A stretch of 64,000 bases of DNA, from assembly GCA_963760795.1 (NCBI GenBank), contig CAVXEP010000016.1:1-64000 (forward strand), given 5' to 3'. This document shows positions 18,888 through 29,490 of this stretch, piece by piece. How positions within the stretch are numbered: the stretch's first letter is position 1; every line of letters starts with the position of its first letter. Source of the DNA: an uncultured delta proteobacterium. GTDB lineage: Bacteria; Desulfobacterota; Binatia; UBA9968. The notes below the pieces were generated by a model, which was not told where the DNA came from, made no database searches, and saw nothing but the letters and a program-made list of their open reading frames with translations. A program made the translations under genes and the position numbers.

Positions 18888-19969
18888 CTTAATGGGTTAC
18901 ATTCGTTCAAGCCGTTCAAGTCATTTAAATTTGAATGCTTGTTTATTCTGGCCAATTGCGATTGCAGCGTTGACCGTGTTTTCGTTCGCCTTCAGCCTTT
19001 GCCCAGCCGTTGCAGAAGTCGGTGGCCATGATCGGCGCCCGCAGTGGGGCGTCTTGGCCGCTGTGGATCGCCAAGGAAGCGCGGCTTTACGCCAAGTATG
19101 GACTCGATGTCGAGTTGGTCTATGCGGTCCACCCGGCGCCCATCGCGGCGGTGATTACCGGCCATGCGGCGATGACTTCGTCGGGCGGCGATCCGGCGCT
19201 GCTCGCCGCGGCCAAGGATCCGTCGTTGGTGGTGCTCGGCGGCTTCATGAACAAAGCGTCCTTCGCCATGATCGGCTCGAAAAGCGCCACCGACATGAAG
19301 CACTTGTCCGGCAAAAAGATCGGCGTCGGCAGGGTCGGCGATCCGCCCTATCACATGGCGGTCAGTCTGCTCAGGAAATTTCATCTGACGGCGCGCGATG
19401 TCCAGTGGGTGTCCATCGGCGTCGACGCCGCGGCTAGAGCGGCGGCGCTGCAAAGCGGTCTGGTCGACGCGGCGTTGATCACCGCGCCGGCTTACTTTCG
19501 CTTGCAAGCGGCAGGCTTGCCGGTGCTTGCCGTGCTGCTCGATCACGACGATATTTATGTGTCGACCTATTATTTGTTTCGCCGCGATGCGCTGGGCAAG
19601 GAACGCCCCGCGGCCTTGGCTTATATCAAGGCGCATGCGGAAGCGATCAAACGATTTTACGACGACAAAGCCTTCGCCGCTGACGTGATGATCAAGTACG
19701 GCGGCACGCGCGACCGCGAGGATGCCAATCGGGTTTACGATCTATATCGCAAAGCGCGCGTGCTCGAGGCGGTGCCCTACGCGCTCAAAGGTTCCATCGA
19801 CGCGGTGATCGAGCGCCAGGGGCAGGATCTCAAGGGCAGCGACCTGAGCAAGATGATCGATAACAGCCTGGTCGACCAGTTGGTTAAAGAGAAATATTTC
19901 GAGACTGTCTTCGGGCCGTCCATTCGTGATGAACAGCAGCGCCGCCAGGCGCAGGCCTTCGGCCGTTAG
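18880..19969 (+). CDS. NMT1/SsuA-type solute-binding protein (+1 frameshift near 18993)
   Basis: Signal peptide in the upstream frame; WPLWIAKEARLYAKYGL, LSGKKIGVGR, MIDNSLVDQL. Confidence 0.82.
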
Positions 19970-20368
19970 TTAAGGACTGCGCCCGCCGCTAAAAGTGCTG
20001 ACGCGGTAATCGGTCGCCGCTGTGCCGATGACCATGACGCCATACATGAATTGTCCGTCGCCCTCGCCGCGCAGCGTGACATTGACGATTTTCTCACCCT
20101 TTACCGGGGCGGCGGTGAGGCTGGCAATCTTGCTCGGACGGCCGGATGGGTGCATCTGTTTCACCTTGTCGGCGAATATGTTCAAGGGCACATAGGCGCG
20201 CGCTTTGTCGGCGAGCATGGCGTAGCCTTGATCGAGATTGCCGCGGACAAAAGTCGCTTCGGCAAATTCGATGGCGCGTTTGGTGGCGAGCGCGGTGTCA
20301 TGATCGAAGTTTTCGGCGCAGCCGCCGGTCATGACCAGGAACAGTAGCATCGCGGCAAGTTTCAACAT
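19970..20368 (-). CDS. Hypothetical lipoprotein
   Basis: Signal peptide with lipobox TGGC; RBS ggag. Confidence 0.65.
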   Translation of the reverse strand: MLKLAAMLLFLVMTGGCAENFDHDTALATKRAIEFAEATFVRGNLDQGYAMLADKARAYVPLNIFADKVKQMHPSGRPSKIASLTAAPVKGEKIVNVTLRGEGDGQFMYGVMVIGTAATDYRVSTFSGGRSP

Positions 20369-20451
20369 GATTGATTTCTCCGGTTCGTGGCGGATAACTC
20401 ACTTTTCTCATTGAGCGAATGACGACGAGCGCTAACCTGAATCGCTATCTC

Positions 20452-21996
20452 TCAGCGGTTATAGCGCGCCGGCAACTCGGTTGCGAACGGCGGGCGGCGC
20501 AAGCGCGCCGCGCAGTTGGCATCGAGTTCTTTGGCGGAGCCATTCGTGATGAACGCGACGATCTGATCGCGCGCACAGGGCGATGCGTAGCTATGCGGCG
20601 TGCTGCGCAAAATAACTTGGCGCCCATTGGGCAAGCTCTTGAGCGCCTGGGCGCCAAACTCCGCCGGTGTCGCCGGATCGATATCGCCGGAGAGCATGAG
20701 CACCGGCGCGGCAGCGCGCACCGGGGTATGATAATCCGGGTCGATCGCGCCGCGCGGCCAGTAAGCGCAAGCTTGTTGGTGGCGGCGCGTGCGATAATCG
20801 CCCAAGAACGTGCCGGCGGTGGCGCGTTCCAGCTCCGATTCATCGATGAACGGTATGGACTCGGCGCAGGTGGCGCTAAAATAGGCGCCGAGAAACACGC
20901 CAAATTCCGGTGCCGCCGCCGATCTCGTGAGGATTCGCACATAGGGAGACCAGTCGCCCTTGGCTGCGCTGTCAATGATCAGCGGGAGAAGGCTGGCAGT
21001 GCGATGACTATAGAGCAAGGAGACAACTTGTCTGGCGAAGACACCGTGCGAAAGCGCCACCGTCTGGATCGCCTTGCTTTCGGGATGGGCCACTGCAAAA
21101 TTCACCGTCCCCGGTTTAAACCCGTCAAGAATCCGACCGAAGCTCGCAGCGAGATTGGGGTATGCCGAGGCGCAGACGACATCCGCAGCGCAGTCGTGAA
21201 ACAGCCTGGTCATCGCCTGTTGCGCCGCTAAGGCGAACTGCAGCGGTAGTTTCGCGGGGGGAGCGGCAACGCCGGCAAGAACCGCGGACCGTACATGGTC
21301 GGAATAACGCCGCACATATTCCAAGGCGGCGAGCGAGCCATGAGAGATGCCGTACAGGTTAACTTTGTCGTAGCCCAATGCGGATCGGATCTCTTCAAGG
21401 TCTTCGATCCCTAGCGGCGTAGTATAATATCTTAGGTCGGCGGTCGGCGCTAATTTTTCCCGGCATGTCTGAACTCTGACGGGGTCGAAAAGCTCAAGAA
21501 AAAAATTCTGCACCTCGGTGCGGTCGATTGGAAAATCGCATTGCAGCCCGTTGGAATCCCCGGTGCCGCGCATGTCGACGAAGACCAGGTCGCGCTCGCG
21601 GCGCAACTCGCGCATGATCGCATCTTCACCGGCGCTGGCGATGCGCGCCGCGGCTTGTCCCGGCCCGCCGGCCAAATAGAAAACCGGGTCAGCCTTGGCT
21701 GCGGAACTTCGTGCCGGCAGGACCACGATATTGAGCCCAATCCTGCGGCCGGTTTGTGCCGCGCGATTTTCGTAGACTTGATGTTTACCGCAGAGCGCGG
21801 TTTCCTTGTGTTTGGAAATGGTGCAGGAGGTTAACTCAATGGTGGTCGGTCTCTTCTCGGTGACTGGCGAATGGGTGACCGTTGCACACGAGGAGGCGAC
21901 CGCGAGAACGATTGCCAGAACAACGAGAGGTGAAAAACCGTCATGCCGGCGCAGGCCGGCATCCAATCTTGGTTTCGTGGATATTTGCACAATCAC
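20452..21996 (-). CDS. TAP-like alpha/beta hydrolase (secreted peptidase)
   Basis: LAGGPG, DMRGTG.S, YGISHG nucleophile, GDIDPATP, C-terminal His. Confidence 0.85.
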   Translation of the reverse strand: MIVQISTKPRLDAGLRRHDGFSPLVVLAIVLAVASSCATVTHSPVTEKRPTTIELTSCTISKHKETALCGKHQVYENRAAQTGRRIGLNIVVLPARSSAAKADPVFYLAGGPGQAAARIASAGEDAIMRELRRERDLVFVDMRGTGDSNGLQCDFPIDRTEVQNFFLELFDPVRVQTCREKLAPTADLRYYTTPLGIEDLEEIRSALGYDKVNLYGISHGSLAALEYVRRYSDHVRSAVLAGVAAPPAKLPLQFALAAQQAMTRLFHDCAADVVCASAYPNLAASFGRILDGFKPGTVNFAVAHPESKAIQTVALSHGVFARQVVSLLYSHRTASLLPLIIDSAAKGDWSPYVRILTRSAAAPEFGVFLGAYFSATCAESIPFIDESELERATAGTFLGDYRTRRHQQACAYWPRGAIDPDYHTPVRAAAPVLMLSGDIDPATPAEFGAQALKSLPNGRQVILRSTPHSYASPCARDQIVAFITNGSAKELDANCAARLRRPPFATELPARYNR

Positions 21997-22060
21997 GTAC
22001 GATGACTTGATTCCGGCCGGAGTTTAACTTGAGCAGTTCGTCGAAGGGCCGGAATGACGG
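21938..22060. repeat. Inverted CGTC REP pair
   Basis: ccgtcatgccggcgcaggccggcatcca ... gattccggcc(insert)ggccggaatgacgg. Confidence 0.8.
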
Positions 22061-22136
22061 AAGGGGAGTCGGCTTTCGATCAATATGCTCTAGCGCTGCT
22101 CAGCTTGTCACCGTGGGTTACCAAGCTCGCGCCTTG

Positions 22137-22970
22137 CTAGATGGGCCAGCGCAGCCAGTGCGCCAGGCTCTTGCCCATGATCCATTCTTTGTCGTCGGCT
22201 GAGAGAAAGTCCATCTCTTCGGTGAACAGGGTGACGTTTTGCCGATAGGAAATCGGCGATTGCGACAGGTCCGTGCCCCACATGACGCGTTGGGGGCCAA
22301 AGGCCTCGACGACTCTACGCACCTGCGGATGGAGCGCGGGATAGGGATAATTCTCGGCGACGTAACAGGGCAGGCAGGAAGTTTTGACCGCGACGTTGGG
22401 CAGGCGCGCGAAGCTCAGCAATACATCGACGCCGGGCGTGAGGTCTTTGCCGCGCCACTGCACGTTCAAACCCATGTGGTCGACGATCACGCGCAGTCCG
22501 GGGTGGCGCTGGGCGATCATGCCGATGGCTGCCACGGCGAAGGGCGCGAAGATCATCACCGGTATGTCGTAGCGTTCACAGTCGGCCCAAAACCAATCGG
22601 CGGTGCCGTCGTCGAGAAATGAATGGGTGCCGCTGTGGCGAAAGCTGATCCGGAAGCCTTTCATGCCCGGCTGTTTGAGCCAAGCGGGCAGCTTGTCTTT
22701 GCTCGCCGCATCGTTGAGCGGCACCTTGCCCATGACGGCGAACCGGTCGGAATGTTTTTGCGCCGCTTCCAGCGCGTAATCATTGCGGTAGCCATCCCAG
22801 GACGGCGGCACCAGGATCACCCGGTCGACGCCGGCACGATTCATTTCCTCCAGCAAGCGCTCGTAGGTCAGCGGATTTTCCTGGTGCGGTTTGGAAGCGT
22901 CCTCTTTGACATGCGGCCGCTCCGAAGTGTCAGCTTGCCAAATATGGACTTGGGCATCGGTGATTTTCAT
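22137..22970 (-). CDS. Amidohydrolase_2 family protein
   Basis: DAQVHIW, VIVDHMG, FGPQRVMWGTD. Confidence 0.88.
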   Translation of the reverse strand: MKITDAQVHIWQADTSERPHVKEDASKPHQENPLTYERLLEEMNRAGVDRVILVPPSWDGYRNDYALEAAQKHSDRFAVMGKVPLNDAASKDKLPAWLKQPGMKGFRISFRHSGTHSFLDDGTADWFWADCERYDIPVMIFAPFAVAAIGMIAQRHPGLRVIVDHMGLNVQWRGKDLTPGVDVLLSFARLPNVAVKTSCLPCYVAENYPYPALHPQVRRVVEAFGPQRVMWGTDLSQSPISYRQNVTLFTEEMDFLSADDKEWIMGKSLAHWLRWPI

Positions 22971-23034
22971 GGGAAGGCAACAGGCAATAGGCAGCGGGCA
23001 ACAGCAAGAAAGAGCGGATTCATGTTCAAGTCAA

Positions 23035-24036
23035 TTATTTTGTCGCGTTGACCTGGCGCAGAATACGATCGTCGAAGAATTGCGCCGGCTTGGCGGTCTT
23101 GGCCTCGGGGATGGATTCGGAGAGGAAATCCAAAACGCCTTGCAGCCCTGCTTCAGAAGTGACCAGCTCGCGGCGAAAGCCAGCCTTTTTAAAAAACTCG
23201 TAGCTGCGGTCGAGAACGTCTGGATCGGTTTCGTAGGCGTATTTGCCGATGACCTTCATCGAGAAGGGCTTATCGGCGTAGAAGCGCATGATGCCGCTGC
23301 GTACGGCGCGGAGCAACGGCACGAGCCTGGCACTGAGCTCATCGATGCGGCTCTTTCGCACCACCAAGCCGACGTTTTGATAGGGCTCGCCGATCAAGCT
23401 GACCAAGGAATGAAAGCCGTCGCGCTCGATTCTAAAGCTTGCCGGCGGCGAGCCGACGCCGCCGGCGATCTGTCCGGCGTAAAAAGCCGCGACGATTTGC
23501 GGACTGCTGCCGAGCGGGCGAAGCTGCACGTCTTTCGCCGTGAGACCCATTTTTTTCAATGCCACCATCGTCCCATAGGCGACCGGTGTTCCCGGCCGGT
23601 CGGTACCGACAATTTTACCTTTCAACTGCTCGACGGTTTTGATTTCCGGACGGGCATAGAAATCCCAGATCATCGTGTTCAAAAGACCGGCGATGAAAGT
23701 CACGTCGATGCCGCGCAGTGCGGCGGTGAGGACGGGAGCCGCCGAGACTTGGACGACATCGATCTCGTTGGCGAGCAATGCCGGAATCGCGCTGGTCGAT
23801 TGCATGGAGAGCACTTCGATGTCCAAGCCTTCCTTGGTAAACGCTCCCGAGTCTTTGGCCATCCACACCGACGCCATGGTCGACGAGGTGCTCAGATATG
23901 CTACCCGCAGCGGCCGAGCCTGACGTGAGGACTGCGCCCAGCCAGTAATCGGCATGACGATACTCGCGAATATTCCGGCAATGACCACACCGGTCAGTAT
24001 TTGCTCGATCGTAGCGTTGTTCTTTGCAAAGCCCAT
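23035..24036 (-). CDS. NMT1/SsuA-type solute-binding protein
   Basis: VWMAKDSGAFTKEGL, QLKGKIVG, KPAQFFDDRIL. Confidence 0.87.
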   Translation of the reverse strand: MGFAKNNATIEQILTGVVIAGIFASIVMPITGWAQSSRQARPLRVAYLSTSSTMASVWMAKDSGAFTKEGLDIEVLSMQSTSAIPALLANEIDVVQVSAAPVLTAALRGIDVTFIAGLLNTMIWDFYARPEIKTVEQLKGKIVGTDRPGTPVAYGTMVALKKMGLTAKDVQLRPLGSSPQIVAAFYAGQIAGGVGSPPASFRIERDGFHSLVSLIGEPYQNVGLVVRKSRIDELSARLVPLLRAVRSGIMRFYADKPFSMKVIGKYAYETDPDVLDRSYEFFKKAGFRRELVTSEAGLQGVLDFLSESIPEAKTAKPAQFFDDRILRQVNATK

Positions 24037-24406
24037 GGGATTGGCCTCCAAGTGTGGCAGCAATTTGATTGAGCGTAAGATAGGGCAGGACGAAGGGTAG
24101 CGTCAAGGTAAAATAGCGAGCTTCTCGAACATGAGCGCACTGACCCCACGGTCCTAGAATAGCGCAGCCATTTCCTACAACCTGTGGATGGTCGTCCGGC
24201 GGTTAAAATTGTTCCGTGCACATTATTGGCCGCCTGTGGGTGCAAAAGCTCAGGAAAATTACCAAAATTTACGCTTATGCTTCAAGCTCACTCACGGCCC
24301 AAGGGTTGCGCTAAGTCAGAGTGAATGCGCGAGCAAATTATCCCGTAAACTTTTTGTCGCTGCTCGCGTCTATCTAGAGTGTTCAGATCGGAAAGGATGG
24401 TGGCCC

Positions 24407-24568
24407 ATGAAGAACTCTAACGATTCACTTTTTGGTTTCGCCTTGGCGGTTGTGGCTTTGGTGGCGCTGCTCACGGTCAGTCACTCTTGGGAGCGTTCGG
24501 TGTCGCCGTTGACCGTGACTCAATCGAGCGTTAGCGAACTCGGGTTGCGGCTTTCAATGCAGCGTTAA
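24407..24568 (+). CDS. Possible small membrane protein (53 aa)
   Basis: MKNSNDSLFGFALAVVALVALLTV single hydrophobic helix in an intergenic gap. Confidence 0.35.
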   Translation: MKNSNDSLFGFALAVVALVALLTVSHSWERSVSPLTVTQSSVSELGLRLSMQR

Positions 24569-24596
24569 ATATCTCGGTTCGCCGCTTCAGCGGCGC

Positions 24597-25590
24597 CTAG
24601 AAGCGGCCCTCTTTCTCCAGTTTCTTCAGGACGCTGTCGTCGATCAATTCTTCCGCCTTCAACTTGCGAATCTTTTCATTGGTCAAGCCGAGCAGACGGA
24701 TGACGTTGCGAATGCCGTCGACGCTCGGATAGATTTTCTGGTCGTACAGAGTCGGCAAAGTTTTGTAGCCTTCCTCGGCATCTTCCAGTTTCGCCAAGCG
24801 CATCCCCTTGGCGACGGCGCGAATGACCTCGGTTTTGTTGGCCGGGTTGCGGACAAAGTTGACCGCGTCGAGCAGGCCGCGAAAGACATTTTCCGCCACC
24901 GCCGGCTGCGTGCGCATGAAGTTGCGCCGCGACATTAGTCCCGAGCCCTGATAGGGGATCGGCAGCTTTTCCACGTCGGCGAGCACCGTGTAGCCTTTGT
25001 TCTGCAAGTTCTTCCCATGGGCGTAGCCGACCAGCACGGCGTCGACGGTGCCGGCCATGAAACCTTGAACCATGACGGTCTGATCGCCGAGGGAGCGGAA
25101 CTGGATCTTGTCGCGCTCCGGCGACAGGCCCCAGTGGTCCAGCGTCAGCATGGAAAAAATCCAACCGCCGCCGCTAAGACTGTTGACCCCGACGCTCTTG
25201 CCTCTTAATTCCGCCGGGCTTTTGATCTTTGGCTGGGCCATGAACATGCCGGTGAGCCGATTGATAAAACCGGCGACGAAAACCAAGTCGGCGCCCTTCG
25301 GCGATGGCGCCAAGATTGGCGCCGGATACCGAGCCCCAGTGAAACTGCGATTCGCCGGAACTCAGCGCCGCCATGCCGATGGGCCCGCTGCGCGCTTGAA
25401 TGAACTGGACTTCGATGCCGTATTTGCGAAAGTAGCCCTGCTCTTGGGCGACATAGATCGCCGCTTCGCGCTCGCTTACCGAACCGGTGGTGAGGAGGAC
25501 TTTGGTCAGCGGGGTAGCTGCATGCAGGATATTTGCCGGCGCTGCAACAATAAACAAGATAATGAGCAATCCAAGAGAACGAACCATCAT
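24597..25590 (-). CDS. NMT1/SsuA-type solute-binding protein (+1 frameshift near 25295)
   Basis: Signal peptide and YVAQEQGYFRKYGI in one frame; ELRGKSVGV...LIDDSVLKKLEKEG in the next. Confidence 0.85.
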
Positions 25591-25627
25591 CAAAATAAGT
25601 CTCCGTTCATGGCAGTAAATCTCGTTT

Positions 25628-25710
25628 CCGTCATTCCGGCGTAGGCCGGTATCCAGACTTCGAACTAGACACCCACCCCGCCTGGATGCCGGTTTCCACC
25701 GGCATGACGG
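25628..25710. repeat. Inverted CGTC REP pair
   Basis: ccgtcattccggcgtaggccggtatccag ... ctggatgccggtttccaccggcatgacgg. Confidence 0.85.
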
Positions 25711-25743
25711 AGTTGGCGACTCTCATGACTCGTTTAGCCTAGC

Positions 25744-26304
25744 CTACAGCGTCGGCTGCACCGCTGGACGATCTAACAGCCGTTTCACCCACGCTTTTAC
25801 ATTCGGCAGATCATCACCGATGGTCGCTTGATAGCGGTCGAGCCGGGTGAAAAACGGGATGAAGGTGATATCGGCAAGCGAGTAGTCGCCGGCGATATAG
25901 TCGCGCCCGCGCATGTGGCCTTCGAGATACTTCAAGTATTCAACGATCTCGGCCTTGGACTGTTCGACTTTGTAGTCATGGGCGACGAAGCCGCCGGCGC
26001 GCTGCAAGCGGGTGTTGCAGTAGTCGACCCAGATGCGCACGCGGGCGCGCTCGCCGAGGTCGCTGGGCATCAATCGAACCGCCGGATATTTCTCTTCGAG
26101 ATATTCATCGATGATCGCCGACTCGTAGATCACCAAGCCGTCGTCGTCGAGCACCGGCACTTTGCCGTAGGGATTGCGCTCGAGCAAATCCTTGGATTTA
26201 TTTTTGAGATCGCACTCGATGGTTTCGTAGGAGAGATTCTTTTCCGCCAGGACGATCCTCGTCCTGTGGGCATAGGGTCAGGGACGGTAGGTAAATAACT
26301 TCAT
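25744..26304 (-). CDS. Selenocysteine-containing glutathione S-transferase (Sec9, U-P-Y-A)
   Basis: RBS ggagg then MKLFTYRP-UGA-PYAHRTRIVLAEK...NPYGKVP...YESAII...SLADI in one frame. UGA (26280-26278) sits at the CPYA cysteine position. Confidence 0.85.
26248..26266 (-). promoter_or_regulatory. Bacterial SECIS-like hairpin (GST)
   Basis: CAGGACGA-GGA-UCGUCCUG starting 11 nt after the UGA. Confidence 0.75.
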
Positions 26305-26343
26305 AAGACCTCCTGGATAGTTGTGATGGCGAATCTACGCCGC

Positions 26344-27427
26344 TTAGGCGCCTTGGCGCAATAGCAATTTGTTGTACCAGCCGATCAGTTCGTTGTAACG
26401 GTCGCCCCATTTTTCCGCCGATGGGATCATGACTTTGCGCTCGCCGACATCGTCCGGCCCTTTGGTCGCGATATTCTTGTGCCCGACCCAGCGGCCATGG
26501 CCATGCATGATCTCCTGGCCTTTGCGCGACATGAGAAAGTCGGCGAGCAACGCCGCCGCGTAGGGATGGGGCGGACGGGCCGACATGTAGATCGGTATTA
26601 AAGATTTCGCCGGCACATAAGGTTGGGGGAAATTATATTCGACCGGCGCGCCGGCTTTCTTCTTATTGATGGCTTCCTGATGATGGCTGTCGATCTGCAT
26701 GGAAAATTCGCCGGCGGCCACCAGTTGCGCGATCAACGAAGGGCCGCGCCGCACTTGCAGCTTTTGTTGGCCGAGCCGGGTGGCCAGCTCCAAGCCTTTG
26801 GCTTCGCCGTAGTGGTCGATCAATGCCGCCAACCAGTCGTAGGATTCGTCGTCGATGGCCATCTTGCCGGCCCATTTGGGATGCAATAGATCTTCGATGG
26901 TGCTCGGCGCCTCTTTGCGTGGAATCATCTTAGTATTGAACAGGAACACCAACGGCGTGGCAAAGATGCCATTCAAATAGCCCTCCTTATCGGCGAAGCC
27001 GTCGCGCAGGCCGCTACGATAGGGCGACCGGTAGCGCATGATGGCGCCGGCCTTTTTGAGCGTGTTGACCGTCATGCTGCGGGTGTTGAAGACGTCGAAT
27101 TGATGGGAGCGCGCGCGGCTTTCCGTGAGCACACGATTGAGCAGCGAACCGCCGCTGCCGGTCAAAGTATTGACCTTGAGAAACGGATACTCGGCTTGGA
27201 AGCCATTGACGAGATCGTTGGCGAAGACGCGATTCATCGCCACATACCAGTTGACCGTGCCTTCCTTCTTGGCGCCGTTGACCAGCCTTGTTTGACGCTC
27301 GGCTTCGGGTAACTGGTTGATCTCGTCGAGGAGTTTTTCTTCGCTTTGCGCGTGGAGCAGTGCCGGCGCGATGGCCGAAAGCAGTAAGAGCTGCGACAAG
27401 TCGGATAGCTGAAATCCTAATGCCCAT
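26344..27427 (-). CDS. AfuA/FbpA-type (iron/thiamine-like) ABC solute-binding protein (+1 frameshift near 27375)
   Basis: GAKKEGTVNWY, DLLHPKWAGK, VAAGE, PHPYAAALLADFLMS..GQ. Confidence 0.83.
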
Positions 27428-27815
27428 GGTCAACCTCCTGCTCGATGCCACCGGCGAAGCGTTGGGTGTCGACCACCGCGCGCCATTGGGTGCCCGCGCC
27501 GATCTTTAAACCCGTTTCATTGAAAGCATCCACTGAATAGCGAATCTTCCGGCCTTTCACTTCGATAATCGCCGCATTCATGGTGACGCTTTGGCCGATG
27601 CGGGTCGATGCCAGGTGGCGCACGTCGATGTGAATGCCGACGGTCTGTTCGTTTTCGTCGAGAAAGGGTTCCGTAAGGTCAGTGCAAGTCCGCTCCATCA
27701 AGCTAATCATCGACGGCGTCGAAAAGACATCGGCTTTGAGCTGGCGCGCGCGCATGTCGATGGTGGTTTGATAGGATGCGGTGCGAGTGAGGCCGGGGCG
27801 CAGGCTGTCTTTCAT
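27417..27815 (-). CDS. FlK-like hotdog-fold thioesterase
   Basis: VFSTPSMISLME, TVGIHIDVRHLAST..G. Confidence 0.85.
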   Translation of the reverse strand: MKDSLRPGLTRTASYQTTIDMRARQLKADVFSTPSMISLMERTCTDLTEPFLDENEQTVGIHIDVRHLASTRIGQSVTMNAAIIEVKGRKIRYSVDAFNETGLKIGAGTQWRAVVDTQRFAGGIEQEVDHGH

Positions 27816-27930
27816 GGGGGGAATATAGGGGAGAGGGCATGTCCCAGGCAACAGGCAATCGTCATAAATAGCGCGTGATCATGACCGTGGATCGTGGTAT
27901 GAGACTTGAAACCACTCAGGAGAAAAATCG

Positions 27931-28971
27931 ATGCTATTGCCGTTTCGCGAACACTTGGACTTTGGGCCGACGCCGTACGATCTTTTGCAGCAAAAAGAGG
28001 GGATACCCATTGTCCGCGGCAATGTCGTCAATGACGTGACGACCCTGGAGCTGGGCAAGTGGGAGCGCATGGGGGTACTCGGTTGCTATCTCAATCTGTC
28101 CAACCAGCAGCGCACCGATGCTTACGTTTGCGAGATCCCGCCGAGCAGCCAGACCTTGCCGCAACGCCATTTATTCGAAGAGATCGTTTACGTCGCCAAA
28201 GGGCGCGGCGCTACGACGGTCTGGCAGGATGAGAAGTCGAAAGTCACCTTCGAGTGGGGACCGGGAGCGATCTTCGCCATTCCCTTGAATTCCACCTACA
28301 TCCATTTCAACGGTTCGGGCAGCGAGCCGATCCGGCTGTTCGTCGGCACCACTTGCCCGGCCATGATCAATATTTTTCACAATGAAGACTTTATTTTTCG
28401 CAATCCGTTCAACTTCCGCGACCGCTTGCACGAGGGCGACGAGTTCCTGCGCTACAACAAACATGTCACCGACCGTTACTGGGAGACCAATTTAGTCCCA
28501 GACGTCAATCACTTTCCGCTTGACGATTTCCCGATGAAGGGCAAGAACGTCAAGCATATGCGCTACACGCTGGCTGATACGACTTATGGCTGCCATGTGT
28601 CGGAGTTTCCGGCGGGCTGCCGCAGCACTTTTCATCGCCATGGGCCGGGGGCGGTGATCATCATTACCCAAGGCGAGGGCTACGTAGTATTGTGGCGGGA
28701 TGGCGAGGAGCGCCAGCGCCATGATTTTAAAGTCGGCACGGTCTATTCGCCCAACGATCTCATGTGGCATGGACATTTCAACACCGGCAAAGGCAACATG
28801 CGCCACTTCGCCATGCGCGGCGATAGTCCTAAATACAGTCATGACCGATTCCGCAATCCGGCCTGGACGATGATCCCGATGGCCGACGAAGATCCGGCGA
28901 TCCAACGCGAGTATGTCGAGATTCTCAAAGGCAACGGTGTCGAGGCGGCGGTGCAGGTGGTGGAAGACTGA
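27931..28971 (+). CDS. Bicupin (gentisate 1,2-dioxygenase-like)
   Basis: QRHLFEE...FAIPLN...HFN and FHRH...WHGHFN, two cupin domains. Confidence 0.78.
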   Translation: MLLPFREHLDFGPTPYDLLQQKEGIPIVRGNVVNDVTTLELGKWERMGVLGCYLNLSNQQRTDAYVCEIPPSSQTLPQRHLFEEIVYVAKGRGATTVWQDEKSKVTFEWGPGAIFAIPLNSTYIHFNGSGSEPIRLFVGTTCPAMINIFHNEDFIFRNPFNFRDRLHEGDEFLRYNKHVTDRYWETNLVPDVNHFPLDDFPMKGKNVKHMRYTLADTTYGCHVSEFPAGCRSTFHRHGPGAVIIITQGEGYVVLWRDGEERQRHDFKVGTVYSPNDLMWHGHFNTGKGNMRHFAMRGDSPKYSHDRFRNPAWTMIPMADEDPAIQREYVEILKGNGVEAAVQVVED

Positions 28972-29014
28972 TTCGATAACCAGGCAACAGCCACTAGGTA
29001 AGGGAGGAAACCAG

Positions 29015-29407
29015 ATGTTAAAGACTCAAGGCATGCTGCATTTTAGTTTGGCAGTCACAGATTTGGATCGCAGCCGCAAATTCTATGAAGGCGTGCTCAA
29101 TTTGAAAGTGGTCGAGCAGTCGCCGCGCATGGTGTTTCTCCAGACCGGCGACGACTATTTGATCCTCGCCAAGGGCGACGAACCGCTCAAGTACGACACC
29201 AACAAGAGCACGCCGGTGCATCATGCGTTCAAGGTGAAGCCGGACGAGTTCCAGTCGTCCATCGACCATCTGCGCCAGCATGGCGTCGAAGTGTTCAACA
29301 TCGAAGATCGCAACACCGGCGTGTTTTGGGGACCGCAGGCTTACTTTCTCGATCCCGACGGCAATAAGTTGGAGATTTACGCCGGGCCGGGAGCGCAGAA
29401 GAGTTAA
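29015..29407 (+). CDS. VOC (glyoxalase/bleomycin resistance) family protein
   Basis: HFSLAVTDLDRSRKFY, HHAF, YFLDPDGNKLEI. Confidence 0.9.
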   Translation: MLKTQGMLHFSLAVTDLDRSRKFYEGVLNLKVVEQSPRMVFLQTGDDYLILAKGDEPLKYDTNKSTPVHHAFKVKPDEFQSSIDHLRQHGVEVFNIEDRNTGVFWGPQAYFLDPDGNKLEIYAGPGAQKS

Positions 29408-29490
29408 AGCGATTAAAAAATTCAAAATTGCTCGGCGAGGTTTTTCATTGTGTAACATTTCAAAGGTAAGAAGCTAAAACTGGAGGAGCC

